Source: the human T2T-CHM13v2.0 reference genome, Homo sapiens. Taken from it: a stretch of DNA of 64,000 nucleotides. This document shows, piece by piece, positions 1 through 15,227 of the stretch (positions within the stretch are counted from its first letter, which is position 1; each line of letters opens with the position of its first letter). The notes beneath the pieces are model-generated. The model searched no databases and had not been told where the DNA came from. It saw only the letters and a list, made by a program, of their open reading frames with translations. The stretch lies in the NCBI RefSeq assembly GCF_009914755.1, contig NC_060930.1; one strand, given 5' to 3'. A program made the translations under genes and the position numbers.

Positions 1-149
1 AGGAAACTCATGAAGTTGGAAAGAACTGAAAACAAATTTCCATTTCTTTCTCATTTCATCAGAAATGGTGTCCTCACTAAGGGTCTTTTAGTTGCAAGCA
101 AGACAAATCCACTGCAACTATAAACGGATTTTTTTAGGTGGGGGGATGA

Positions 150-365
150 AAAGGTAACAAAAGGTAAACAGATTAAGAAGAAAGAAATAATATTGCCTTT
201 ATTTGCACATAATGTGATTGTCTATGTAGAAAATCCAAAAGAATTAACTAAGAAAACTCCTGGAACTAATAAGCAGTTACAGCAGGGACACAGGATACAA
301 GATTATTACACAAAAGTCAATCACTTCCTTATATACCAGAAATGACCAAGTAGAAACTGACATTA
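150..365 (+). mobile_element. Old L1 (L1M) ORF2 fragment
   Basis: ttatttgcacataatgtgattgtctatgtagaaaatccaaaaga resembles the RT LFADDMIVYLENP region. Confidence 0.75.
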
Positions 366-380
366 AAAAAAAAACATCAG

Positions 381-1000
<620 letters not shown>

Positions 1001-1229
1001 CCACATTATCATTTACCCAAAAACAACAACAACAACAACAACAAAAATGAGTAGGCATATTACAACAAGGCAAACGTTTAGACAGCTATCTGCGGATGTT
1101 GATGGCCACTGGGAACCCAGGCAGCAATCTGTCAAACTTTGCCAGGCCTTCTCCTGCTCTCAGGAGCCATGAAGTCTAACCTGGGCTTCTGAGCACTCAG
1201 CTGTCTTCCTGGCTTTGTGGGCAGCACAC

Positions 1230-1450
1230 AGCTCTGGAGTTAAACCAGAGGACTAACTCCTGAGCACACCCTTTAAAATTGTGTGACCTTAGATAATTTG
1301 CTAAACGACTTTAGGCCTGAGTGTCCTGGACCTTGGATAAGAATAACTATAGTTCATATCACATAGGATTGTGATGAGAATCAAATGAGCTCTTCTGTGT
1401 GAAAACAGGGCCTGCTGCATAGCCAGCACTGAATAATCATTAGCTACTGA
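1230..1450 (+). mobile_element. MIR
   Basis: tgtgtgaccttagataa ... cataggattgtgatgagaatcaaatgag MIR core. Confidence 0.65.
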
Positions 1451-1865
1451 TCTGGTTATACACTCTTTTTGCTCTCTGGGGCTTCGTTTGCTCTGTTTCA
1501 CTGGATGTCCAAGCCTGGCCACCTTACAATGGTGACCTTAGTTTCTAAGTCCACACCACCCCAGTCCAAGCCAATAGCCAGATGGAATGTGATTTTCTTG
1601 GTCTGCAAACCAAATTCTCAGGAGGAAGAATCTCCTTGGCTCAACTGTGGTCATGGAGGCAAATGAACTCAGCTGCGGAGGGTTGAATTGTGTGTGTGTG
1701 TGGAAAGGGGAGGGGTGTGGTGGCGAGGGGTAGCAGGTGGAGGCGATAGTTGTAGTCCTCAAAGAAAGAAAGGATATCTTTATGGGCTGGTTAATTATCC
1801 CAAAATAGGTAAGCCCAGCAACCCTGCATTTTGTAGTCTTCTGTGATATGTCTTTGATAAGCACT

Positions 1866-2381
1866 TGTGATGGTAAATTTTAAGCCTAACTTGACTGGAC
1901 TCAGGGATGCCCAGATAGCTGGGAAAACATCATTTCTGGGTGTGTCTGTGAGGATGTTTTCAGAAGAGATTAGCATTTAAGTCAATAGACTGAGTAAAGA
2001 AGATCACCCTCACCAATGTTGCTGGACATCATCTAATCCATTAAGGGCCTGAATGAAACAAACAGGTAGAGGAAGGGTGAATTTACTCCCTCTGCTTGAC
2101 TGGGGACATCAAACTTCAGCTCTGAGACATTGAAGCTCCTGGTTCTTGGGCCTTCAGGCTCAAACTGGACTACGTCACTGGCTTTCCTGTGCCTCTAACT
2201 TGCAGATGGCCAATAATGGGACTCTCTAATAGCATGAGCCAGTTCTTCATAATATATAACTATCTATCTATCTGTCATCTATCTACCTATCTATCTATCA
2301 TCTATCTATCACCTATCTATCTATCATCTATCTATCCACCCATCCTATAGCTTCTGTTTCTCTAGAGAACCTTGATGGATA
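1866..2381 (+). mobile_element. MLT2-family (ERVL) solo LTR with an internal (TATC)n microsatellite at ~2260-2340
   Basis: tgtgatggt start; ctgggtgtgtctgtgagg...gactgagtaaagaagat; ctgtttctctagagaacc...ca end. Confidence 0.8.
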
Positions 2382-2840
2382 CAGCCCTCTTGGTGTTCAT
2401 CCTAGGCACTTTCCATCCTTCCAATGCCATAGCTGTGTGTTGCTCCCCACTCACCCCCTCTGTGCACTTTTACTGTGCCCTCTGCCCTCAGTCTCTCGAA
2501 TCATTTTGCTCACAAGTGTGGAGAGCCAGAAGGACCTGGGGGTTTAGGTTTTTGTGTTCCCTTCCTCCAGGGCAGCCCTTCACCAGAGACTGCTAACTGC
2601 CAGTGCAGGCATCTGAAAGCCCAGCTCCCCTGCCTTGAGTGGGGACAACTCAGAGGCATAATTTGTCCTCCAGAGCTCCCCTGTGGGATCAGGCTGAGGC
2701 TGGCACTTTGCCTGGGGTGGCACTCCACTTGCGTTCTTCCCCCTCTCTATCTGGCTTTCCCTGGAAGTATTTTCTAAGTAAATCACTTACACCGGAATCC
2801 TGATCTCAGGGTCTGTTTCTAGAGCTCAATTGAAAACAAT
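2382..2840 (+). mobile_element. LTR16-like ERVL LTR
   Basis: 3' end aaatcacttacaccggaatcctgatctcagggtctgtttct resembles the LTR16 terminus. Confidence 0.55.
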
Positions 2841-3339
2841 CCTACAGATCAAAACATGGGCCTGAACTCATGTGTGAGCCATTAATGAATGTAACTAATG
2901 TCCATGTGAAAAGGATTCTTTCATTCCTCTGAGATTTGGTTTTGTTTCTCATCCTTGCATTCTTTGGCGGGTCTCACCCACAGAGAGAGGCTTTTGGAGA
3001 GCCTGGATCTCTCGGCCTTCAGGAAATGATCTTCTTTCAAAGAAAACAAGGAGGACAGCCGCTCTCACTTAACAAACAAAAAAAGAGAGGTTAGTTTGGT
3101 ATGAGACTTGATTTTCTTTGCTGCTTCCGCACCCACCACCAAGCACCCAATCCCACTTCCCCTTGTCAGCCAGAAGAGCCTTTTCTTTTTTGTATTGATA
3201 TGTTTATTCCCAGACTTTATCTATTAATGTACAGATAGAAATATAGATTTATGTGTTTAAACAGATGTAATAATTCTGCATATATTACTCTGCAAGCTGC
3301 TTTTTATTTTAACCCACCAAACAATGTACTTATTTCTTT

Positions 3340-3665
3340 TTTGCCTTCAGCTTGATTGAGGTGTAGTTGACAACACTATATAAATATAAGGTATGCAATG
3401 TGACATTTAACGCACCTATATGTTGCGAAATGATCACAATCAAGTTAGCTAACCCATTCATCACCTCACATGGTTCCCATTTGTGTGTGTCTGTGTGTGT
3501 GTGCCTGTGTGTGTGTGCCTGTGTGTGTGTGTGTGTGTGTGTGTTTGTGGTGAGAACATTTAGAATCTACTCTCTTAGCAAAATTGAAGTATACAAGGCA
3601 GTATTGTTAACTAGAGTCACCTTGCTGTACATTAGATCCTCTAGGCTTATTTAACTTACAGCTGA
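3340..3665 (-). mobile_element. L1MA-type 3' end containing (TG)n at ~3482-3545
   Basis: aatctactctcttagcaaaattgaagtataca...gtcaccttgctgtacattagatc L1MA 3'UTR text. Confidence 0.7.
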
Positions 3666-4943
3666 AGAGTCATTTTAGCTTTCAGAAAAAGAGACTCTTC
3701 CTGCTGAGTCCAGCTGCCTGCCTGAAACCTGAACTTGGATAGGCCAGCACACGGAGGCAGGATGAGACGTGACATTTCTAGGACGAGCTGCCACCGTAGC
3801 TGATTCTCACTTAGTGACACTCTTCACTCCTATCGCAGAGCTTACTCCTGTTGGTGATAAGAAGTGCTTTGAATGGATCTCAGTGAGAAATGTTTTCTCA
3901 TGGAGGGAACACATAGGGCTGGCTGCCTTTTCAGGCCTGAAGCCAACCAAGAAGCTCCTTTGGGCCAACAGGGTCTGTCCTTTGAGCTGGGCAAGACTTG
4001 GTGCCAGGCAGATGAGCCAGTCACTGGTACATAGGGCAGGGTATGAGTGTCCCTAGTTCTTAAGCCCACTTCAAAATATTCTGGCCACCTTAGCTTGACA
4101 TGAGTGACTAACATTCTGCCACACGAATGCATCTCTTTGGATTGAAGACCTGTCTAATGCTAAAATGTAAACCTTAGAGGGATCACACACTTTCTTGTTG
4201 CATTAACCAGACTCTTTTGGTTGTAAGTGACATAAACTTAAAATGGTATAAGCATAAACAGAATTTAATTGTCTCAATCATTATGGTAGATGGCTTGAAG
4301 CTCAGGTGGATCAGGTGTCAAAATAATGTCGTCAGAAATCTTTTTTTCATTTGTCAACTCTGTTTTTCTCAGTTGGCTTCATTCTCTGGGGACAATGATG
4401 GCCTCTCGTAACTTCTTACTCACTTAACAACCCAAAGGAAGGAGTGGCTCTTTCCCTGTCATTCCAGCCCAAATCTCAAGACTATGTCCCTTTGACTCAA
4501 ATGGAGCCGTGTGGTCTTCTATAAACCAACCACTGTGACATTAATGGATGAGGTCACAGTCCTGTGCCAATGGCTGGGGTGGGAAAGAAGGGTCAGCCCC
4601 ACCCAAGCCACATGTAATGAGAGTGAGAGGGGGCTGATCAGCAAGGAAAACTTCAGGTGCTCTTACCGTTAGAGGAGAAACTGGATATTAGGAAGGCAAT
4701 GCCAACACCTGTCCACCACACTTAGCAGTTTTCATACCACCAGGGTAATAGCTAGCAGAGAGCAGCTCCCTACAAGATGAGACATAGTAGAGATGGTAAC
4801 AAGTCCAGAGCTTGGGGCACCTTACTAGGAAAGCAGGCAGGTTGGAAGATACTGCATTAGGGCTCCTTGAAGAGCTAAGGGGAACTCAGAGGCTCTGAGA
4901 TTGAACAGTACATTCTTAGAAGTTAAGAAAAACTCTCAGACCA

Positions 4944-5165
4944 GGCTGGGTGCGGTGGCTCATGCCTGTAATCCCAGCACTTTGGGAGGCTGAGGTGGGT
5001 GAATCCTGAGGTTGGGAGTTCGAGACCAGCCTGATCAACATGGAGAAACCCCATCTCTACTAAAAATACAAAATTAGCTGAGCATGGTGGCACATGCCTG
5101 TATTCCTAGCTACTCGGGAAGCTGAGGCAGGAGAATTGCTTGAATCCAGGAGGCAGAGGTTGTGG
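4944..5165 (+). mobile_element. AluS (Sp-like), 3'-truncated
   Basis: Alu left arm plus a partial right arm; aacatggagaaacccc. Confidence 0.85.
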
Positions 5166-6642
5166 AAAGTAGCAGGAAAATCCTAGGTAGCTTGACAAGT
5201 GTCAGGCAGGGGGCCAGCAATGCCACTCACAATTCATACCCACAGGCTTCCCCCGATTTACATGGTAGTTTCAGCCTCCATCCCTCTTTAACAGGAGCAA
5301 AATAGTGTATTCATGCTTTTCTGTATCATCCCCCAATGATCCTTAGTCATGCTTGTGTGATTTGGTGCCCAGCAGGCACAATTTTGCTGGACTATTCCAT
5401 GATCTCTTTTTTGTTGTTTTCACAAACAGATAATAGTATGACTAATGGACAGCTGACATTTTCCAAGCACCATATTATTAGAACCCCTTGAGAGCCAGCC
5501 TATTCTTCTGCTCTACAGACATGGACACTCAGGCTTAGGGAAGGATGAAGTGATTTGCCAGCCTGTCAGTGGTGGGGCCAGGCTACCGACTCCAGTCATG
5601 GGGTTCCAGCCAACATCTTTAAACCCCATACCATAGCCAAGCATCTGAAGCCAGGAAGAATTGAGAAATTATGGAGGGGAGAATTTCAAGGAGAAAAGGT
5701 TGAGGTTTAAAGCAGTCAGCCATGAGGGGTAGGGGAAAAGTCCCAGTGTACAAGACATGGCTGTTGACAGTCTGTGAACAGGACCAAGGAGGCAGCGGAT
5801 GATGAGAACATGCTGCTCTACCACTTATGGGTAGAGTGGGCATATAATTGTTGGCCAAAACCAAGACCTTTTGAGAGTGAGAGGGCACTGTTAATAATTG
5901 TACCGGGAAGACTGCAATAAACCAAGACTGGTTTGGGCATACCAGAACACAGGGTCACTCTAACTAGGGCTACTAACAGTAGGGCTAGGATTGTTTTCTG
6001 ATAGCAGTGATGGCTATGCATGGATTCATCCACAGCCCCTCCATCCATCATCCTTTTGGGGTTGCAGGATGGCTGGTGAGGAATGTATTAACTAGCCTTG
6101 GTCTTTGTAGCCCTGTGCTCTAACCAACAGAGTTTATCTCCAGACACAGTAGAGTCAGGGGACAAAAGATACAATTTCAATAATTAATTAACTTATTTAA
6201 TTAAACCAACCATTAGTTAAGCAAGGCAGTATAGCAGAGTGGTTAGTGAATTTCACTTTGAGGTTTAGCTCTCAGTGATGTGACTCGGCACGATACTTAA
6301 TTTCTATGAGTCTCAGGCTTCTGATCTGTAAAATAGGGACAAGAGCAAACACTATCTGAGCTTTTACTTTGTTTTGGGTGCTGGGCTAAGCACTTTATGT
6401 GGATTATTTAATATCATCATAACCTTATGAAGCAGGAACTATCATTATCTCCATTTTGTAGACCAGGGAACTGGAGCTCAGTGGGACAGAGTAACTTGCT
6501 TGAGGTCAGACCATCAGTAAATACCAATTCTACAGGGGCTGTTTTTGGTGATTAAATGAGACAATGCTTATTAAAAGCTTAGCATATTCCACCTAATTAA
6601 ATTGATTAATTGTGGCCCCTTTTATGCGAAGTTCAATATTAG

Positions 6643-7050
<408 letters not shown>

Positions 7051-7469
7051 TGATGGCACTGGGGCAGTCTGCAACATTCAAGGGTTTTTCTGATCCCTGT
7101 ACTCTTGTGTCTTCTGCTGAGAACAGAGAAGTATATATTCATGTTAGTAGGAGAAAATAGGTTTAAGCCACTTTTAGTAATTGAGATGAATGTTTCATAT
7201 AAAGGATGGCTAGCAGCCACAATGCTGGGTGGGGAGAAAATGGCCAAATATTTAATATTTGAAATCAAATTACTTCAGATCTGAATTCTGGGCCCCCCAC
7301 TATTGTGGCTCTGGGCATGTTACTGAGCCTCCTTGAGCCTTCGTCTATAAAGTGGGTTGAATAATACATATCTTTCAGAGTTGCTATGAGGATTAGAGAT
7401 AATATATGCAAAACAGTCACATAATGGACACTCAATAAACACTAGTCATCATGACTGTTAAAAAGCTTA

Positions 7470-7912
<443 letters not shown>

Positions 7913-8944
7913 TCAGGAGAACCCTCTGAATGAAATCCTTTAATACTCTTTAATATCCTAAGAGAGGACAGCATTGTTGACATGTCCCATCTCTGAAAGC
8001 CCCAAGAATCTGAAACATCCAGGCTGTTCTTGCTGCAGCTGGGAAAATAAAATATCCACATGTATACTTAAACCCAGTTATTTTATTTTATTTTTTAAAG
8101 TGTCCTAAGTGGAGAAAAAGCAGCAGATACAGGATGGAGAGGGAGAATTCCTCCTAAACCAATTCCGAATTCCTCCTAAACCAATGCTTGTGTTTTGGGA
8201 ACTTATTTCCAGGCCTCCTGAGCCCTTCCCCTCCCACCTAGCCACTCTCATGTCTCCAGAAATGCCTTTAGCATTGCAAAGCACAGGTTTTGTGGGCACA
8301 CTGGGAGTATGCTACGAACTTGCAAAGGTCCTGGGGCCAGATGAAATCACCAGAACCACCTTCCCCTACACCCATGCAGAGGGCATAGGAGAAACCTGCC
8401 TCACGTAGAGGAAGACACGAGTGGATTCATATGAATAACGTGACACTGGGCTGTCTAGTTAACTAGCTCTTTGAGCCTTAGTTTTTTCATTGACAACACA
8501 GAGATAACAAAATCTTTGTATCTTGAAAGAAACAATGTATGTTGTATGCTTAACAAAGCACCTGATACATCATAAAACTTGATAAATGCTAGCTGTTATT
8601 GCTAAGGATTAACTGAAAATGTCACTGTGTTAGGCAGTATGACCGCAGAATATAAGATGTAGTCCCTGACTTCCAGCGCTTGCAGAGGAGTCAACACTAA
8701 CTCACCTTAAATGGCCAGCCATCAACTGGAGGCTCAGTTGTATGGTGTGATGGGGGTTTGGAGAAGGAGAGGTGCAGGCTGGGGATGCCACGGAGGTAAG
8801 CATTGAGGATGGTGGAGGTCTTGACAGATGCAAAGAAAGAAGAAACTTAATGGGAGCTATAACTGGCTCAGAGGAAAGGAGTGCTGTGGAAATGGGGTGT
8901 GTGACGCTCCAGAAGGAACAGGAGCTGCTGCTCACCTCACCTGA

Positions 8945-9131
<187 letters not shown>

Positions 9132-11519
9132 GAGACCCAGGATCTTGTCTCAGTGGCGAGTCAGAGCCCCCTAAAGGAGTCATCTCATCCACCACCACCC
9201 AAGGGTTCTTCAAATCCTGAGCCTATAAACACAAGCACAGGAGTTGAAATCAAATCCACACTCTAGAATGAGAATCAGTTGTAGGTTTCCTTACAGTTAC
9301 TTTGAACGTTATACATGGTAAACTGTAAATGATACCATGAGTTTTTAGTATGAATTGTTCATTCATTTCCAATATAAATTGATGAAAACCCTTAGCTGAG
9401 TATGGCGATAAGAATGACCTCTGCTCTGTTCTGATTTGTGTTTCTATTTATCTCTGGCTATCCAGTTCATATCTCCTCTGTGTCCAAAGTTATTCTTATT
9501 CTACAGGGGACTAAATTTGGATAAATGCTAAAACTAATCATGCATCAAAGCAAATTCTTCATTTTGGTGTAGCACTATAAGTTCAGAGTGTTTTTGCAAT
9601 TATATCCCTAAGGAGTTTTCGCTTTCTGTAATAAGCTTTACAAAATATAAGCCCAGGATGAATTATTATCCCGGGAAGGATTTCTCCCTTTATTTGCCCA
9701 ATTTTGTAGTACTGCTCTTTCTCCTTAATCAGGACACTTTTTCTCCAGTTACCTCTTTTCTGCCCCAAGTCACTAGCGAGAAATAAGAGTAAAGTTTAGT
9801 ATTTTGTCCTTTTAATGGGAAAAGTCAATTCCAGATGGGACCCAACCAAGCTCAAAATAGTTCTCTTCTGGGCGGGAACGCAAATGCTACATTTCCTAGG
9901 TAATGTTATTGAAGCATGTCTGTCTTCATAAACACTTTGTAAAAAAAAAAAAAGTGTACAATGATAACATAATTATTATTAGGCATGTACCATTTCCAGA
10001 ATTCACTGTAAGTTCTACAGAGATGCACCAGAGCTGTGGATACTTTAGCTGGTGGGGTTCGGGCAGCTGGGACTCACTGTTGCAATGGTCACAAATGCCC
10101 TAATCATTGAGTCCCAAATGTCTAGTTGAACTTAATGCTTAATAACATCTATCTACCCAGAGGGCAACAAAATGTTTGTTCCTGGCTTGCGAGGCCACTG
10201 ATATTTTCATTTTTTTTTCCTACAGAACTATTGGCCTGAGGCCCCTGGAAACATTGCTTCATTGCTTGGCCTTATAAGAATTTACTTGACCTATTTTGTG
10301 GAAGCACATTTACCCCAGTCTTAGAGGTTTTTCCATGCAAAAGAGATAAATGAAAATTTTTACTGCTAAGTTTCATTCACCTGAGCCAATCACAGCTACT
10401 GAAATGACCAGGTTGGTAAATGCTGTTTTAATGGAAACAGGCTCTCCACAGGTCCAGATGGGGTAGGTCCATGCCTCAAAAATGAAAAATTCTCTTTTTA
10501 GCTCCTTAGCTGGATTACTGGGCAGGGCTACCATTTTGTGAGTAGCAGATAATTATTAACACATGAGACTCTCTCATTCGGACTGCACCCTTCAATGGCG
10601 TGATATCTGTGGTTACACAGAGCGTCCAGTCCTCCCATCTTGGTTTTTTAGTTATGTAAGTGAAAGAACAAAACTACCCAACTCCCACCTGCCCACAGGC
10701 TGAGGCTGAGGAGGACCCTAAGAACCTACCCCCTACAACATGGCATTTCAAAGTTAAGGGAGTCTAGCTTTTGTGTACTGAAGGGAATGTTCATTAAGAA
10801 ATGAATGTCTTAGACATAGGCCCCTTTCCTATTCCTGGTTGGCCTAAAGATGCATAATTTGAAAAAAAAAAAAAAAAAAAAACGGCTCGGGGGGTGGTTG
10901 GGGAGAAGTGACTTCAAAACACAAGAAATAACATTGCTTTGCCTAATAAAGTGACGTTTGAACTCCTCTGCTTGGCAAGTTAGGAAAATATCCCTTCCTT
11001 CCTAAAAATGGAGACAACTTTCTGGGAAAATAAACATTTATTGCTCAAAGGTCTGTGGGTTTGAGTCCACCTTCACCTGCATGTTTAGCCATGGGAAGAT
11101 CTCTAAGACAGCCATACTAAGAGTGTACCTGCCTGCCCTGGATGCCAGGAGGCCTTGAAGTCCAAAGCCAGCAGGGCTCCCTCCCTCTCAGCCATGGACC
11201 CCGGGGTCTTGCAGTGATACAGGTGGTGGCTGATTGCATCTATGAAGCCATTGAGGAATTATTAGTGTGAATATTTCATTTGGAAATGCACTGCCTAGGA
11301 ACAGGCGTGGTCCTAGGATGAGTTCCTATGAGGTCCTAGGATGAGTTCCTTTGAGTGGAAGAGGTCTCCTAAATCTTGGGTGAAGAATGCCTGGGTGAGA
11401 TAGGAAGGAGAGATACATTTTTTTCCCTCTCCCTATAAAGAGGCCTGGATTTGAGAGCAGGAAATAATGATTAGGAGTTGTGTGCATCCCAAAGCACCCT
11501 CCTGTGAAGGGAGCCTTAG

Positions 11520-11641
11520 AGATGGGTGTGGTGGGGCATGCTTGTAGTCCCAGCTACTAGGGAGGGTGAGGTGGGAACACTGATAGAGCCCAGGAGTTTG
11601 ATGCCAGCCTGGGAGACATAGTGAGATCTTCCATCTCATTC
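11520..11641 (+). mobile_element. Alu monomer (FLAM-like)
   Basis: tgtagtcccagctactagggagg...gagcccaggagtttgatgccagcctggg. Confidence 0.75.
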
Positions 11642-12278
11642 AGGAAGGAAGGGAAGGAAGGGAAGGGAGGGAGGAAGGTAGGAAGGGAGGGAGGGAGGGA
11701 GGGAGGGAGGGAGGAAAGTAGGAAGGGAGGGAGGAAGGAAGGAAGGGAGGGAGGAAGGAAGGGAGGGAGGGAGGAAGGGAGGGAGGGAGGAAGGGAGGGA
11801 GGGAGGGAGGTAGGAAGGGAGGGAGGGAGGAAGGAAGGGAGGGAGGGAGGAAGGGAGGGAGGGAGGGAGGAAGGGAGGGAGGGAGGAAGGGAGGGAGGGA
11901 GGGAGGGAGGGAGGAAGGGAGGGAGGGAGGGAGGAAGGGAGGGAGGGAGGGAGGAAGGAAGGGAGGGAGGAAGGGAGGGAGGGAGGAAGGAAGGGAGGGA
12001 GGGAGGGAGGAAGGGAGGGAGGGAGGGAGGAAGGGAGGGAGGGAGGGAGGAAGGGAGGGAGGGAGGAAGGGAGGGAGGGAGGGAGGGAGGGAGGAAGGGA
12101 GGGAGGTAGGAAGGGAGGGAGGAAGGAAGGGAGGGAGGGAGGGAGGAAGGGAGGGAGGGAGGAAGGGAGGGAGGGAGGGAGGGAGGGAGGGAGGGAGGGA
12201 GGAAGGGAGGGAGGGAGGAAGGTAGGGAGGGAGGGAGGGAGGGAGGGAGGAAGGGAGGGAGGGAGGAAGGAAGGAAGG
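11642..12278 (+). repeat. (GGAG/GGAA)n compound polypurine tract, ~637 bp
   Basis: Visible directly; about five T interruptions. Confidence 0.97.
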
Positions 12279-15227
12279 TTAGTTTTTCACCAAAATAAGA
12301 GGAAGTCATACTTAGCATAAAACTTTAATTTTTAACCTTCTGCTCTGTAGTGTCCTTAAATACCCAAAAGCTTCGGTGAAGCGTGCCGCACATCAGCCTG
12401 CAAGGCAGTGGGGTGAACAGGACGCTACAGGGTGGAGGGGGTATCTGTGTGAAGACTCAAGGGAGAGCTTCCAAGGGACCACTGGGACCCCAAAGGAAGC
12501 CCCTCTCTTCCTAGATACATCAGATGAAACAAACTCTTGAAAAGGTGAAAGGCAGCCGCTTTAATTACTTTGAAGTCCTCATGGAGTCCACAGCTACAGC
12601 TTTCAAAGGGGCAAAAAGGAACTAGTGTGCCGGCCGCAGGGTTTTGATGTGGTCCTCTTCCGCCACCTGTCGACAACATAGGCTCATTGCAGTTTCCTAA
12701 TGTACCTACTTGCAACTGTTCAAGATAGCATTTTCTCCATTCAAATTAAAATTGAGTCCACAGGGAAAATACTTATTCTTACAATTCTAGTTTAACTATT
12801 TTTTTGGTTCAACTAACCTTGATTTTTAGCTGTTAAAATAATAACATGGCCATGACAAGAAGGCAAAGTTCTGATATCTTTTTTCTTACGTTTGGTTAAT
12901 GCTTTAGAATATATGGAGGCACTGAATAAGGTTTTCGTTGTTTCTCAGAAAACATTATCCCCTTAAAGGTGTTGAAGGCATTTTTGGAAAAGAAAGAGTG
13001 CACGAGTAACATTTGCAAACAGCAGAGTGGTAGTTTCTGCAGAATTAACATTGTGGAGCACCGTGGGAAATATATGTTTAGGTAGAACACAGAAGACTGT
13101 CCATGTTACATGGGCCTGCACATTCACTGGAAGACTGAGATGCATCAGAACAATTGTTCATATCCTTTGATTCCATAATCCAATTTCAAGAATTTTCTTG
13201 CAAGAAAAGAATTTAAAACATGAAAAATGTAATATGGATGGTATCTTCATAAGATTGTTTAATAGTCAACAATTGAAGAAAAGTTGAAGCTATGGCTCAT
13301 TCAGAATATGGAATATTATAATTATTTTAACATGTAGTAATATGAAAACATGATGTCTAAGAAGATATAAAATATCTAACTAAAAATAGAAATATTTAAT
13401 AAAGCTAGAAAAGAATACTAAAAATATTATAACTGAGTTACAGCGGTAGAGTTAAGGGTTTACAATGTTATATATACTAATGTTTTTGTTTTTCTAATTC
13501 CACAACAAATATAAAAATGCTTTATAGTAATACATTTAAATGGTACAGAAGCATATAGAGTAAGAGGTAGAAGATTCCATTACCTTCCTGTCTTTCTTCT
13601 CCCTGTTAATAGATTGGTGTAAGTGCTTCACATCTTTGTCCTTGGAGTTACACACACACACACACATGCACATGCATGCACACTTACACCCACACATGCA
13701 TATATACATTATATATTATTTACAGGCATACCTCAGAGTTATTGTGGGTTTGATTCCCGACCCCCGCGAGAAAACAAATAATAAAATGAGTCACACAAAT
13801 TTTTTGGTTTCCCAGTGCATATAAAAGTTATGTTTATACTATACTATAGTCCATTATATGTGCAAGAGCATTATGTCTAAAAACCAATTATATATGTTAA
13901 TTTAAAAAATGGTTCATTGCTAAAAAACATGCTAATGATCATCTGAGCCTTCAGCGAGTTGTAATCTTGCTCGTTGAGGGCCTTGCCTTGATGGTGGTAG
14001 TTGCTGAAGGCTAGGGTGGCTGGTGCAATTTCTTAAAATAAGACAGCAATGAAGTTTGCCACATCAATTGACTCTTCTTTTCACAGAGGATTTCTCTGTA
14101 GCATGTGATACTCTTTGATAGCCTTTTAATCACAGTAGAATTTCTTTCAAAATTGGAGTCAATCCTCTCGAATCCTGCCACTGTTTTATTAACTAAGTTT
14201 ATGTTATATTCTAAATCATTTGTTGTCATTTGGACAGTGTTTACAGCCTCTTCACCAGGAGTATATTCCATCTCAAGAAACCATTTTCCTTGTTCATCCA
14301 TAAGAAACAACTCCTCATCTGTTAGTTTTGAGATTGCAGCAAGTCAGTCACATCTTCAGGATTTACTACTAATTCTAGTTCTTTTGCTATTTCAACCACA
14401 CCTGCAGTTACTTCATACACTGAAGTCTTGAACCCCTCAAAGTCATCCAAGAGAGTTGGAATCAACTTCTTCCATACTCCTGTTAATGTTGATATTCTTA
14501 CATCCTCCCCATGAATCAGAGATGTTCTTGGTAGCATCTAGAAAGGTGAATCCTTTCAGAAGGTTTTAAATTTACTTTGCCCAGGTCCATGAGAGGAATT
14601 ACTATCAATGGCAGTTGTGGCCTTATGAAATGTATTTGTTAAATAATCAGGCTTAAAAGTTAAAATTACTTCTTGATCCATGGGCTGCAGAATGGATGTT
14701 GTGTTTGCAGGCATGAAACCTTAATCTCCTTGTATATCTCCATCACAGCACCAGAGTGACTTGGCACATTGTCAATGAACAATAATATTTAGAAAGAAAT
14801 AATTTTTTTCTGAGTAGCAGGTCTCAACAGTGGGCTTAAAATATTTAGTAACGTATACTGAAAACAAGTGTATTACCTGAAAACAGGCTTTGTTGTTCCA
14901 TTGATAGAGGACAGGCAGAATAATGTGACATAATTCTTAAGGGCTCTAGGTTCTTAGAATGGTAAATGAGCATTAGTTCCAACTTAAAGTCACCAGCCGC
15001 ATTAGCCCTGAGCAAAAGATTCACATTGTACTTTGAAGCCAGGCATTGACTTCTCCTCTCTAGCTATGAAAGTCCTAGCTGGCATCTTCTTCCAGTAGAA
15101 GGCTGTTTCATCTATATTGAAAATCTATTGTTCAGTATAGCCACTTTCATCAATGATCCTAACTAGATCTTCAGGATAACTTGCTACAGTTTCTACATCA
15201 GCACTTACTGCTTCACCTTGCACTTTT

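Noticed and set aside
11642-12278. EWS-FLI1-type GGAA microsatellite enhancer
   Set aside because: The tract is mostly GGAG and consecutive GGAA runs are very short
11557-12318. 253-aa (PPSL)n and 162-aa (GREG)n ORFs
   Set aside because: Artefacts of a stop-free simple repeat
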